Origin: Opitutales bacterium
GTDB taxonomy: Bacteria > Verrucomicrobiota > Verrucomicrobiia > Opitutales > UBA2987
Direction of reading: 5' to 3'
Assembly (NCBI GenBank): GCA_965226885.1
Contig: CBDDEL010000011.1
Span: 160,001-224,000 of the forward strand
Length of the DNA stretch: 64,000 nt
The position numbers were made by a program, and so were the translations under genes. Each line of letters opens with the position of its first letter. Position 1 is the stretch's first letter. The notes beneath the pieces were generated by a model. That model searched no databases. It saw only the letters and a list, made by a program, of their open reading frames with translations, and was not told the DNA's origin. Shown piece after piece: positions 41,250 through 52,048 of the stretch.

Positions 41250-42497
41250 ATGGTGACAATTTTAATCTTATTTGTTGTATTACTGGGGCTTAAAACCGTT
41301 TTTGAAATCTGGCTCGAATGGCTCAACCGCCAGCACGTGGAAAAAGCTTCCGATTCAGTGCCGGAACCGTTCAGAGATTTTATCGACCGGGAAACATACA
41401 AAAAAACGATCGATTATACCCTGGCTAAAAGCCGGTTTGGCCTGGTGGAAACCTTTTTTGACGCAGCCTTCATCGCCATCGTCATACTGGGCGGTATTCT
41501 GCCTTGGTTGTATGGAGGACTGATCGGTGTATTTGGCAATAGCCTCTGGGGCCAGGGCCTCACTTTGCTCGCCATCGGCATCATTTTTTCGTTTTTTTCG
41601 CTGCCTTTTCAATGGTGGCAACAATTTCGGCTGGAGGATCGTTTTGGTTTTAACAAGAGTACCCTAAAACTTTGGATAAGCGATCAAATCAAAGGCATCA
41701 TCCTCGGCCTAGTGATTGGATTTCCCATTCTCTGCCTGCTCCTTTGGCTGGTGGGGCTGCCGGTTTGGTGGTTGTGGGCATTCACCGTGGTCTTTGCCTT
41801 TCAACTTTTGATGATGGTCGTTTACCCCATGATCATCATGCCGCTTTTCAATAAATTCGAGCCCCTGCCCGAAGGTGGACTGCGGGAGCGCTTGATGGCC
41901 CTGGCCAAAAAGACCGGGTTCAAGGCCAAGGCCATCCTGGTCATGGATGGCAGCAAACGCTCCGCTCACTCCAATGCGTTTTTTACCGGGTTCGGCAATT
42001 TTCGGCGCATCGTTTTATTCGACACCCTGATGGAGCAATTGGAAGACGAAGAGTTGGAGGCGGTACTGGCTCACGAGATCGGCCATTATAAATTGGGGCA
42101 TGTTTCCCGCATGTTGGCGGTATCGGGCCTGGGCACACTGCTGGGGTTTCGTATTTTGGCGTGGCTGGCGGAAAGCGACTGGTTTTATGAAGGTTTTGGA
42201 TTTTCGGTGGAGCAGGGTCTGGCCCCGGCTTTGCTACTTTTCGGAATGCTCAGCGGGCTTATTACTTTTTGGCTGCATCCGGCCATCAATTTCTGGTCTC
42301 GCAAACACGAGTACGAGGCGGATGCCTTTGCCCGCGAAGCCATCCAATCGGGTGAACCGATGGTGCGGTCACTGCGCAAATTGCATGAAAAAAATCTCAG
42401 CAACCTGACTCCCCACCCGGCTTATAGCGCTTTTTACTATTCCCACCCAACCTTGCTGGAACGCGAAACCTCAATCGCCTCGACCGGAGACGGTTGA
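41250..42497 (+). CDS. M48 (Ste24-like) zinc metallopeptidase
   Basis: [33 protein letters not shown]. Confidence 0.93.
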   Translation: MVTILILFVVLLGLKTVFEIWLEWLNRQHVEKASDSVPEPFRDFIDRETYKKTIDYTLAKSRFGLVETFFDAAFIAIVILGGILPWLYGGLIGVFGNSLWGQGLTLLAIGIIFSFFSLPFQWWQQFRLEDRFGFNKSTLKLWISDQIKGIILGLVIGFPILCLLLWLVGLPVWWLWAFTVVFAFQLLMMVVYPMIIMPLFNKFEPLPEGGLRERLMALAKKTGFKAKAILVMDGSKRSAHSNAFFTGFGNFRRIVLFDTLMEQLEDEELEAVLAHEIGHYKLGHVSRMLAVSGLGTLLGFRILAWLAESDWFYEGFGFSVEQGLAPALLLFGMLSGLITFWLHPAINFWSRKHEYEADAFAREAIQSGEPMVRSLRKLHEKNLSNLTPHPAYSAFYYSHPTLLERETSIASTGDG

Positions 42498-42504
42498 TCA
42501 AGAA

Positions 42505-43455
42505 ATGCCGAACCCCCTCCACCGACCAATCGCCAAATACACGGTTTTAAAATACCTGATACCGGTGGCGGTGGCCGTCCTGGTGGGATTGGGGATGGAG
42601 GGAAAAGCCGACGCCAATCGGGTGCGGGTAGCCACGCTAAACCTCGACAACTACCTCATCACCAATCGCATAGCCGATGGCGGTTTCCGTCCCGATTACC
42701 CCAAACCGGAAGCGGCCAAAGAAGCCCTCAGAAAAGTTATCCTGTCGGTTGATGCCGATGTCCTGGCGGTTCAGGAAATGGGACCACAACCGTTTCTGCT
42801 GGAATTGCAAAGGGACCTGCGAATTAACGGCCTCGATTATCCTCACACAGCTTTGATGGAGGGGAATGACCCCGACAGGCATACGGCGGTGCTCTCGAAA
42901 TTGCCGTTTATCGAGGTTATCCGCCGCAACGATCTCGATTTCAAATATTTTGAAGGGCGGGAGGTTGTCAAAAGAGGCCTGTTGGAGGTGGTTTTGGAAA
43001 CGGGCGGCGTGCGCTGGTCGTTGTTCAATGTGCACCTTAAAAGCCGGCTCGAAACAAGGCCGGAGGACCCGCAGTCCAACCTCCGGCGACGAGGGGAGGC
43101 CCTCGCCGTGCGTAATTTCATCCGCCATAAATACCCGCCCTCAGACAATCATTACTATCTGATCGTCGGAGATTTGAACGGTTCGAAAAACTCTCCTTCG
43201 ACCAAACTGCTGTTAAGCCGAGGGGCATCCATTCTCTCCCGTCTGGCGCCGGCTTTTGATTCCAGAGGGGAGGTGTGGACGTATTTTTACGCCCGGGAAG
43301 AGGAGTATTCGCGGGTGGATTATATTATAGCTTCCCCGGCTTTTTTTCCCAGGATTGTCAATGGACAGGGAACGGTGGCCGATTCGCCGTCCATGCGGGA
43401 GGGTTCGGACCACCGAATGGTTTACGCGGATTTTCTTTTCCCGCAATCGCGGTAA
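42505..43455 (+). CDS. Endonuclease/exonuclease/phosphatase family protein
   Basis: ATLN, AVQE, HLKS, GDLN, RVDY, SDH motifs. Confidence 0.9.
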   Translation: MPNPLHRPIAKYTVLKYLIPVAVAVLVGLGMEGKADANRVRVATLNLDNYLITNRIADGGFRPDYPKPEAAKEALRKVILSVDADVLAVQEMGPQPFLLELQRDLRINGLDYPHTALMEGNDPDRHTAVLSKLPFIEVIRRNDLDFKYFEGREVVKRGLLEVVLETGGVRWSLFNVHLKSRLETRPEDPQSNLRRRGEALAVRNFIRHKYPPSDNHYYLIVGDLNGSKNSPSTKLLLSRGASILSRLAPAFDSRGEVWTYFYAREEEYSRVDYIIASPAFFPRIVNGQGTVADSPSMREGSDHRMVYADFLFPQSR

Positions 43456-43471
43456 TGGAGCGATTGATTAT

Positions 43472-44368
43472 TTAAAATACGGTTATGGGAACTTCGACCG
43501 TTTCAAATCCGGGCGCTTCTACATAAATCTTGCCCCGCCCCGGATCTCCCCCTTCGAGTGGGATATTGACCGATCTTGCACCCTCCGGGATGACCACTTC
43601 GGGCATGATGACGCTTTCCGGTATATCGGTCGTTAAATTGATATAAAGCCCGCCCGGTGGCGCCGTGAAACCGATCGTGAACAGCATCATGGTGCGCTCG
43701 CCGCTATTGATTTCGGAGTCTTCCAGGTAGGCGTTGATGCTGGCCGAATCGATGCGAAACAGCCCTATGGGGATATCGCCCTGGCCGGTGCGCAGGGACA
43801 CCCGGTAATCCTGCCCCGCGGTCATCGAAGGGACGATAAAGCTGAGGGCGTTGGAGGAGGCGAATTCAATGGAAACTTCCTCTTCCCCGAATAAAATCAC
43901 ATCGTAGCGGGAAAACCCTCTGCCCACCACGGCGATATTGGAGCCGACGGGCGCCCGTTCGCTCTCCATTTGAATAATGTAGCGGTTGACCAGGTGGGCT
44001 TTGAACACATCAGTAAATTTCTTGAAATGGACGCGCCTGCTGTCGTTGAAATAATCGTATTCGAGCACATAGTAATAGCCCACTTCATTCATGTCCCGGG
44101 GCATATTGAAATCGAATTCGTAGACGTTATCGCCAATATTGCTCAACTTCATCTTTTGCTCTTGGCCGTTGATGATGATGGTGGTTTTGACGGAGTCCTT
44201 GTCGATATTGCTCTGCCAGATTTTTGTGGCCACACTGAAGGTATAAATACTGGAAGGATTTTCCGGAATATTCAATGGCATCAGATTGGTCAGCGTTGAG
44301 GCGCAGCCCCCCAGCAGAAAAGAAATTGCCGTGAAGGGAAGGAGGAAGTAATTATTTATAGTTTTCAT
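43472..44368 (-). CDS. Lipoprotein with IPT/TIG-like domain
   Basis: Lipobox LGGC; APVGSNIAVVGRGF IPT-like segment. Confidence 0.7.
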   Translation of the reverse strand: MKTINNYFLLPFTAISFLLGGCASTLTNLMPLNIPENPSSIYTFSVATKIWQSNIDKDSVKTTIIINGQEQKMKLSNIGDNVYEFDFNMPRDMNEVGYYYVLEYDYFNDSRRVHFKKFTDVFKAHLVNRYIIQMESERAPVGSNIAVVGRGFSRYDVILFGEEEVSIEFASSNALSFIVPSMTAGQDYRVSLRTGQGDIPIGLFRIDSASINAYLEDSEINSGERTMMLFTIGFTAPPGGLYINLTTDIPESVIMPEVVIPEGARSVNIPLEGGDPGRGKIYVEAPGFETVEVPITVF

Positions 44369-44404
44369 GGAAAAAGGTTCTAAAGCAGGTTATCCATAAC
44401 AATA

Positions 44405-45592
44405 GTGAGTCTGCAAGAAAAAGCTGACACGCAAATGCCGTTGGGAGTATATTTTCACATTCCTTTCTGCGCGCGTCCATGCGATTTTTGCGATTTTTAC
44501 GAAGAAGCGCCAAAAAGAAGCGATATTGAACGCTTTCTGCAGGGTATGGAACGGGAACTTGCCCTGATTTCGATGAACCGGCCGGTGGAAACGGTTTTTT
44601 GGGGCGGAGGCACTCCGGGGCTTCTTCCACCGCGGGATTTGCAACGGCTCGGCCAGGCCATGCTCCAATGTTTGCAAAATTCACCAGGGGAATGGACTGT
44701 GGAGATGGCGCCTTCCACCGTCAAAAGGGAAAAACTGCGGGTCTTGCGCGATCTTGGCGTCAACAGAATCTCACTGGGGGTGCAAAGTTTCCACCCAGCC
44801 ATGCTGGAAACGCTCGGGCGTTCCCACGCCCCCAAACAGGTTTGCCGGGCCATCGAATTAATTAAAGAGATGGGGTTCGAGAACCTCAACCTGGACCTTA
44901 TTTTCTCCATTCCCGGACAAAGCATCGAGGATTGGCTGGACGACTTGCAAATGGCCGTTGCGGCGCAACCGCAACACATCTCGACTTATTGCCTGACCTT
45001 CGAGGAAGACACGGCCCTCTGGCTGCGGCGGCAAAAAGGGCAAACTTCAGCCAAAACAGAGGCGGAGGAAACAGCATTTTACGAAAAATCGGCCGAATTT
45101 CTGCCCGCCAGCGGTTATTACCAGTACGAAATCTCCAATTATTGCCAACCGGGGTTTGCTTGCCGGCACAATCTCAACACCTGGAAAATGACCGAATGGA
45201 TTGGTTTCGGGCCGTCCGCGGCATCGCAATACGCGGGCCTGCGCCATGCCAATGTGGCCTCGCTGGATGAATGGTTGAAGGGCGTTTCGGAGGGTAAGCC
45301 CAGAAATGTCGAGCGAACGATGCTGAACCCCGATTTGCTTTTTGCCGATAGCCTCATATTCGGCCTTCGCATGAACGAGGGGATCGACCTGCCCGCCCTT
45401 AAGAATCGGTTTGCTCCCACCAAGGCGCATTTGGCGGACGAGTTGTGGCTGAACCTTCAGGCCGAGGGTTTGCTCGAAGGAATAGAGACGGGAAAACTGA
45501 AATTGACAAAAAAAGGATTATTGCTGGCCGACCGCATCGGGGTCGAAATTCTCTCCACTCTCGAGGATGAAATTGAATGCATGGCACATTAA
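44405..45592 (+). CDS. hemW: Radical SAM heme chaperone
   Basis: YFHIPFCARPCDFCDF, GGGTP, SLGVQSF, YEISNY, HNLNTW. Confidence 0.9.
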   Translation: MSLQEKADTQMPLGVYFHIPFCARPCDFCDFYEEAPKRSDIERFLQGMERELALISMNRPVETVFWGGGTPGLLPPRDLQRLGQAMLQCLQNSPGEWTVEMAPSTVKREKLRVLRDLGVNRISLGVQSFHPAMLETLGRSHAPKQVCRAIELIKEMGFENLNLDLIFSIPGQSIEDWLDDLQMAVAAQPQHISTYCLTFEEDTALWLRRQKGQTSAKTEAEETAFYEKSAEFLPASGYYQYEISNYCQPGFACRHNLNTWKMTEWIGFGPSAASQYAGLRHANVASLDEWLKGVSEGKPRNVERTMLNPDLLFADSLIFGLRMNEGIDLPALKNRFAPTKAHLADELWLNLQAEGLLEGIETGKLKLTKKGLLLADRIGVEILSTLEDEIECMAH

Positions 45593-46968
45593 ATTACCTT
45601 TTTTGTTAGCTCTCGCTGCGGGTTGTCGGCGAAGAGGGCGCTCAGGAGCATGAGGGCGGAGATGCCGAGGGAAAGGACGAAGAGGTGGCGGTAAGCGCCG
45701 AAGTGATCCTTGCAGAGGCTGAAGACGAGGGGGCCGAAGGCGCTCCCGATAACGATTTTGGAGAGTGCGTAGCCGCTGATCGCACCCAGATGCTGGCGTC
45801 CGAAAAATCGCGGCCAGACAACTCCGTTGAGCGTAGGCAGGCTGCCCAGGCACAATCCCAAGCCGATGACAATCAGAGCTATTCCTAATGATGAAGGCAT
45901 GATAAGGATTCCGCCCATGCAAACGCCGAGCGCTATAGTGACGGCGATGAGAAGGTATTTTATCTTGGCGTGGTCGCACACCCAGCCGGTCAGGAGGGTG
46001 CCTAAAATACTGATTAATGCCATGCGTGGAAAAAGGCCGAGTATGGCGTTCCTGTCTAGTCCAAGTTCCTCGCCCACGGAAACCACATGAAAGGTATAAC
46101 CGGTTATAAACATGCTGAAATAGGAGCCGATCAGAACGACGATCCAAAATGAAGGCGACCGCTTGGCTTCGGCCAGGGTGAATTCTTTTATGGTGGGTGG
46201 GCCCGACTCTTTTTTAGTTTTGGAATGAGCTGGATTTATGGAAACGCCGTCCATTCGCAGACCGCATTCCTCGGGGTTGTCGCGGAAAAAAATCCAGGCG
46301 ATGGCAGACATGCCAAAAATGAGGAGGGCCGCCATGAGCCACCAAGCGCCTCGCCAACCGAACATTTGAATGAGCCGATCGAAAACTGAGGGCGCCACGG
46401 AAAAACTCAGCGAGACCACTATGCCACTAGTGGCCAACACCCTGCCGCGGCGTTTGTCGAACCATTTTCCGGTCATGGCCCAGGAAGTCATCGAAAGCAT
46501 GCCCTGCCCGAAAAACCGGGCCATGAAAAAGCCTATCCCGATGACCATAAACGAAATCAGCCAGTGTGACGGTTTGCCGATCAGAGCGGAGAAAACGTTG
46601 GCGATGCGGTCGGCAAGGCTCAGGTAAACCACCACCAAACCCATGGCCAAAGACGACAAAACCATGGTCTTGCGAATTCCCCACCGATCCAAAAGCCGAC
46701 CCCCGAGGGGAAGCAGGAATCCACTCAAGGCCGTCCCCAGAAAATAGGCGGTGCTCAGCCGAACCCGGCTCAATCCCAATTCCACGATCAAGACATCGGC
46801 AAATACACTGAACCCGATGGTCTGTCCCGGAATGCTGGCGATTAAACCCAAGGTGGACACGAAGACGACCACCCAGCCATAAAAAAAAGGCCATCGCGCC
46901 GGGGAAAAGGGAAAATCGGGCCGCCAAAGAATTCCCTGGCCCGTGTTGCCAGATGATAAATCACTCAT
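45589..46968 (-). CDS. MFS transporter
   Basis: About 12 hydrophobic segments; GRLLDRWG motif A, WFDKRRG. Confidence 0.9.
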   Translation of the reverse strand: MSDLSSGNTGQGILWRPDFPFSPARWPFFYGWVVVFVSTLGLIASIPGQTIGFSVFADVLIVELGLSRVRLSTAYFLGTALSGFLLPLGGRLLDRWGIRKTMVLSSLAMGLVVVYLSLADRIANVFSALIGKPSHWLISFMVIGIGFFMARFFGQGMLSMTSWAMTGKWFDKRRGRVLATSGIVVSLSFSVAPSVFDRLIQMFGWRGAWWLMAALLIFGMSAIAWIFFRDNPEECGLRMDGVSINPAHSKTKKESGPPTIKEFTLAEAKRSPSFWIVVLIGSYFSMFITGYTFHVVSVGEELGLDRNAILGLFPRMALISILGTLLTGWVCDHAKIKYLLIAVTIALGVCMGGILIMPSSLGIALIVIGLGLCLGSLPTLNGVVWPRFFGRQHLGAISGYALSKIVIGSAFGPLVFSLCKDHFGAYRHLFVLSLGISALMLLSALFADNPQRELTKKVI

Positions 46969-47798
46969 GAGGCTCGAAAGGAAAAGAACTTTGGCTTAGG
47001 GGCGCAAAAGAATAAATCCACCTGGGGAGAAAACAGCCGTGAGTTACGGTCGGCCATTAAAAAAAAACCAAATTATGTAAATCGCAGGGCGCTGTATAGA
47101 TTAGATAAGCCGTAATCGCGGCTTCACTGGCAAATTTCACCCTTTGGGGAAAGTCTCTATTTAATTGGTTAAAACCTATTTCAAGAGAGTGAATCCACCA
47201 TCGATATCGTAAGCCGATCCGGTAATAAATTCCGCTTCATCGCTGCATACAAAAGCTGCCAGCGCCGCGATCTCCTGAGGCTGCCCCATGCGCCCGATTG
47301 GTTGATAACGGGAAAGTTTTTCCATCATTTCCTCTTTATTGTCAGCGTAATGCTTTTCTACGAAGGAATCTACAAACGGAGTATGCACCCGGCCGGGGCA
47401 GAGGCAGTTGCAGCGTATCCCGTCATCTATATAATCCCGAGCTACGGACAAGGTCATGGTAAGTACCGCTCCTTTACTCATGGAGTAGGCAAACCGATCC
47501 TGAATCCCCACTTTGCTGGCCACGGATGCCATATTGAGAATCACGCCCTTACCCTTTGATTTCATTTTTGGAATTGCGGCGCGCAGGCAATGATAAACTC
47601 CCTTCACATTAACGGCATAAATCCGATCCATTTCTTCCGGAGTAGTTGCCTCAATATTACCGATGGAGGCGATGCCCGCATTGTTTACCAGAATATCCAC
47701 CCTTTTGACCTTTGAGAATACCGATTGAACCGACCCAAATTGTGACACATCGCAGGCCCAGGTTTGGCACTTCCCCCCCGCCTCGCGAATGCTATTAG

Positions 47799-50188
47799 CC
47801 CGGATATTTCGTAAAAAAGTATCGCTAATATGCTTAACTGCTGATATACAGCAGGATAGATCAATAATTAAAGCAATATCAGCGATGACAAAAGGTAAAC
47901 AATTAAAGCTACAGTTGACAAGGGTAAAAGGCCGCCGTGTGCGGGTTGATTTCAAGGGCGGAGAGGTTACTTCGGATGCCGGACTGCTTTTGATCCGGGA
48001 AGTGGATCGGCAGTTGGGCTTGACCGAACGAGCGGCCCGACAGTTAGTGGACAAACGGCAGAAGGGCAAAGTACGCCATGAGGTATTGGGGATGCTGCGG
48101 CAGCGCGTTTACGGGCTGGTGGCGGGCTATGAGGATTTGAACGACTTTGATACCCTGCGCCACGATCCATTGTTGCCAACGGTAACGGGGCGCATTGAAA
48201 CGTTGGCCAGCGCGCCGACTTTGTGTCGTTTTGAAAACGGGCAGGATCGGCGGGCGGCCTTTGCGGTAAACGAGCTGTTGGTCGAACAGTTCATGGGCTC
48301 CTTTGCCGAGGAACCCGAAGAGATCATCCTGGACTTTGACGCCACCGACAATCCGGTGCACGGGCTCCAGGAGGGACGTTTTTTCCACGGTTATTATGAT
48401 CATTACTGTTTTCTGCCGCTATATGTTTTTTGCGGTGATCAGCTGCTGGTGGCCTACCTGCGGCCGAGCAAGATCGATGCCAGCAAGCATGCCGGGGCCA
48501 TCCTCAAATTGCTGGTTAAACGGATTCGCCAAAGCTGGCCCCGTACGCGGATTATTTGGCGCGCCGACAGTGGATTTTGTCGAGACCGGATACTCTCTTG
48601 GTGCGACCGCAACGAAGTTAGCCCGGATATTTCGTAAAAAAAGTATCGTTGATATGCTTAACTGCTGATATACAGCAGGATAGATCAATAATTAAAGCAA
48701 TATCAGCGATGACAAAAGGTAAACAATTAAAGCTACAGTTGACAAGGGTAAAAGGCCGCCGTGTGCGGGTTGATTTCAAGGGCGGAGAGGTTACTTCGGA
48801 TGCCGGACTGCTTTTGATCCGGGAAGTGGATCGGCAGTTGGGCTTGACCGAACGAGCGGCCCGACAGTTAGTGGACAAACGGCAGAAGGGCAAAGTACGC
48901 CATGAGGTATTGGGGATGCTGCGGCAGCGCGTTTACGGGCTGGTGGCGGGCTATGAGGATTTGAACGACTTTGATACCCTGCGCCACGATCCATTGTTGC
49001 AAACGGTAACGGGGCGCATTGAAACGTTGGCCAGCGCGCCGACTTTGTGTCGTTTTGAAAACGGGCAGGATCGGCGGGCGGCCTTTGCGGTAAACGAGCT
49101 GTTGGTCGAACAGTTCATGGGCTCCTTTGCCGAGGAACCCGAAGAGATCATCCTGGACTTTGACGCCACCGACAATCCGGTGCACGGGCTCCAGGAGGGA
49201 CGTTTTTTCCACGGTTATTATGATCATTACTGTTTTCTGCCGCTATATGTTTTTTGCGGTGATCAGCTGCTGGTGGCCTACCTGCGGCCGAGCAAGATCG
49301 ATGCCAGCAAGCATGCCGGGGCCATCCTCAAATTGCTGGTTAAACGGATTCGCCAAAGCTGGCCCCGTACGCGGATTATTTGGCGCGCCGACAGTGGATT
49401 TTGTCGAGACCGGATACTCTCTTGGTGCGACCGCAACGAAGTTAGTTACATCGTGGGGATGGCTCGCAATGCACGCTTGCAGCAAGACGCCCAGCAGTTG
49501 CAAAAGCAGGCCAAAGAATGGTTCGAACTAAGGGGTGAAAAACAACGGTTATTCCAGGACTTCGTCTATGCTGCCGATTCGTGGCGATGGCTGCGGTTGG
49601 TCATCCATAAAGCCGAACACACCGCACAGGGGTCCAACCCGCGCTTCGTGGTGACGAACCTGCCGGGCGATCCCCAGGAGCTTTACGACAAGGTATACTG
49701 TGGCCGCGGTGAAATGGAGAACCGAATCAAGGAACAGATGCAATTGTTCAGCGAGCGCACCAGCGCCCATCAATGGTGGGCCAATCAGTGGCGATTGCTC
49801 TTGTCGGCGCTGGCCTACACCTTGATGGAAGCCATGCGCCGGTTAGCCTTAAAAGGGACGAAGTGGGCGCGGGCCCAATGCCACACCCTGCGGCTCAAAT
49901 TAATCAAGATCGGAGCGGTCATCGTGCGCAACACCCGAACGATTCACTTTCACCTAAGTGAGAGTTATCCTTGGGCCAGTCTTTTCAACCATGCGGCCCG
50001 CCGATTGGTGCCAACCTAAAGGGTGCATTGGTGCTGCCCCCGGCACTACCGAACCAATGGGGGAAAGGGGGCAGTGTCTCTACACCCTGAAAAACACCTA
50101 AAAATCAAGACGATCTGCTCAAAATACAAAGAAATCCATCTCCAATAGCAATAACGAGCCAAACTTTGCCCTTCATGAAATATCCGGG
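47799..50188 (+). mobile_element. IS1380-B 5' fragment (47799-48621) followed by full copy (48622-50188)
   Basis: TTAG at 47795, 48618 and 50189; IRs CCCGGATATTTC. Confidence 0.93.
48649..50019 (+). CDS. IS1380 transposase, intact (start may be ATG 48709)
   Basis: VTSDAGLLL, LDFDATD, RADSGF, YCGRGEMENRIKE. Confidence 0.93.
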   Translation: MICLTADIQQDRSIIKAISAMTKGKQLKLQLTRVKGRRVRVDFKGGEVTSDAGLLLIREVDRQLGLTERAARQLVDKRQKGKVRHEVLGMLRQRVYGLVAGYEDLNDFDTLRHDPLLQTVTGRIETLASAPTLCRFENGQDRRAAFAVNELLVEQFMGSFAEEPEEIILDFDATDNPVHGLQEGRFFHGYYDHYCFLPLYVFCGDQLLVAYLRPSKIDASKHAGAILKLLVKRIRQSWPRTRIIWRADSGFCRDRILSWCDRNEVSYIVGMARNARLQQDAQQLQKQAKEWFELRGEKQRLFQDFVYAADSWRWLRLVIHKAEHTAQGSNPRFVVTNLPGDPQELYDKVYCGRGEMENRIKEQMQLFSERTSAHQWWANQWRLLLSALAYTLMEAMRRLALKGTKWARAQCHTLRLKLIKIGAVIVRNTRTIHFHLSESYPWASLFNHAARRLVPT

Positions 50189-50396
50189 TTAGCCGTTTCC
50201 TCGGCGTCCGATTCGTTCACATCAAGGATATGCACTATTGCTCCCTCCGCTGAAAAGCGAAGGGCTATCGCTCTGCCAATGCCTGAACCACCGCCGGTCA
50301 CGAAGGCGTGTTTCCCATTAAACTTTGTTTGTTCGCTCATAATTTAATCGAAATGTAAGACTTCCCCAAAAATGCCCACCATGCCGGTTAGTGATT

Positions 50397-51614
50397 TCAA
50401 GCGGGAAAACAGGCGGGGCCCAGCGGTTCGAAGGATTTATAGGTCAAGACAAATTCCTGGTGCCCCAAGGCTTCCGAGGCCGTTGGCTCCCCCGCCGCGG
50501 AATAGGCAATTTTTCCATATATTTCTTCTCCCACTTCGTCCAGGGTCGCCCTTCCTTCCAGAATTTTTCCCGCGTCGATATCCATGTCTTCCTCCATTCG
50601 ACGATAGGTTTCCGGATTGGCGCAGACTTTGATGACCGGTGAGATGACCGAGCCCACCACGGATCCACGACCGGTGGAAAATATAATGACGTGGCATCCG
50701 CAGGCGATCAGTTCGGCAATTTCCGCATTGTCGTTGATGTTTGGAAAACCGAAGCGCACTTCTCCATCGGGAACAACATCCAGCAGGTATAGGCCGCCTT
50801 TTTGGGGAAAGTCTCCTGGTTTTAACAGGCCCGAAATCGGTGAATTTCCACTTTTCACATAGGCGCCCATCGATTTTTCCTCCAGGGTGGTGAGACCTCC
50901 ATCGGCATTTCCGGGGGCAAAACTGCCGTGACCCAGCGTTTTGTAAAATCGGGCCGCCTTTTCCACTGTCTTGCGGATTTCATCTCCAAGGCCAGGCGTC
51001 GCCGCCCGGTCGGCCATGAAGTTCTCGCATCCGATCATTTCCCCGGTTTCCTCAAAAATGACCCGGGCGCCCTTTTTTACGAGAATGTCGAAACATCGCC
51101 CAATGGCCGGGTTGGCTGTAATCCCGCTGGTGGCGTCGGACCCCCCGCAAATTGTGCCCACCACCAGTTCGTCAACGGTGAGGCTGCAACGCGGAACTTC
51201 CCGCATTTTTTCCAGGGTTTCCCCGATCCATTTCTGCCCTGCTTCCAGGGTTTTGCGAGTTCCGCCGGAGATTTGTATGCCAAGGGTATGGACTGGGCGG
51301 CCCGAAGCGGCAATTGCCTGTTGCAAAGAATTCCGGTCAAAACCCTCGCATCCCAAAGAAACCAGAAGGGCTCCTCCCACATTGGGATGGGTGCATAAGC
51401 GCCGCAGCATCTGGTTGGAATATTTATTCGGAAAACAACCGCTGAACCCGATGAGTTGCACTTCATTTTCAGGATAGGATTGAACAATTTTCTCAGCTAC
51501 ATGGCGCGCGCATTCGACCAGGTAAACGACTACAATGCAGTTGCGAATGCCCTTTCTGCCGTCTTTTCGAAGGTATCCCTGCAGCTCAGCTTCCATATTT
51601 CTGTCCGTCTTCAA
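50397..51614 (-). CDS. UxaA-family sugar-acid dehydratase, large subunit
   Basis: GYLRKDGRKGIRN, HPNVGG, LGCE, CGGSDATSG, LEEKSMG, STGRG. Confidence 0.9.
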   Translation of the reverse strand: MKTDRNMEAELQGYLRKDGRKGIRNCIVVVYLVECARHVAEKIVQSYPENEVQLIGFSGCFPNKYSNQMLRRLCTHPNVGGALLVSLGCEGFDRNSLQQAIAASGRPVHTLGIQISGGTRKTLEAGQKWIGETLEKMREVPRCSLTVDELVVGTICGGSDATSGITANPAIGRCFDILVKKGARVIFEETGEMIGCENFMADRAATPGLGDEIRKTVEKAARFYKTLGHGSFAPGNADGGLTTLEEKSMGAYVKSGNSPISGLLKPGDFPQKGGLYLLDVVPDGEVRFGFPNINDNAEIAELIACGCHVIIFSTGRGSVVGSVISPVIKVCANPETYRRMEEDMDIDAGKILEGRATLDEVGEEIYGKIAYSAAGEPTASEALGHQEFVLTYKSFEPLGPACFPA

Positions 51615-51903
51615 GGGTGTAGGTAGGAAGATAATCGCTTTTCATATTATGCAGGTGCACATGCTCGCCAACCGAAATCCGTTCTATGGCCGAACCAATG
51701 GGCGCTCCGAATTTAATGATATTTTCTCCCTTCGAAATGTCATCAAGGGCGATTTTGTGGCCCAAACCCAATGTCATTTCCATAGTGAATGTTCTCCCTC
51801 CGACTAAGAGCGTTTCCCCTTTTTCAATCGTCCGTCTGAGGCAAACAATATTGTCATCGGGATGAAGCTGGATTAATTGACTGTCTATTTGTGTTGGCGG
51901 CAT
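51586..51903 (-). CDS. UxaA-family dehydratase SAF-domain small subunit
   Basis: LHPDDNI, GHKIAL, KFGAPIG, GEHVHLHN. Confidence 0.9.
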   Translation of the reverse strand: MPPTQIDSQLIQLHPDDNIVCLRRTIEKGETLLVGGRTFTMEMTLGLGHKIALDDISKGENIIKFGAPIGSAIERISVGEHVHLHNMKSDYLPTYTLEDGQKYGS

Positions 51904-52048
51904 GAAATGAAGCAATCAGGCAAAAACGATGACAAGTCCAACCAAACTTTATTCATTTTTCAGAAACAGCCAAGGACGGGAATACAAACGTCAGGCTTAC
52001 CAATGGGCAATTCCAAAGCCGGATCACCGGTGGAGCTTATGGTGACCG

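Larger units (their letters stand above)
47176..50340 (-). pseudogene. SDR oxidoreductase (2-keto-3-deoxy-L-fuconate dehydrogenase-like) interrupted by IS1380-B
   Basis: VTGGGSGIG at 5' part; removing IS plus one TTAG gives in-frame AEETANSIRE; NNAG, YSMSK, PGRVHTP. Confidence 0.9.

Noticed and set aside
47176..48069. 297-aa SDR with a novel N-terminus
   Set aside because: The N-terminus is antisense IS1380 sequence; the true 5' end is at 50340.
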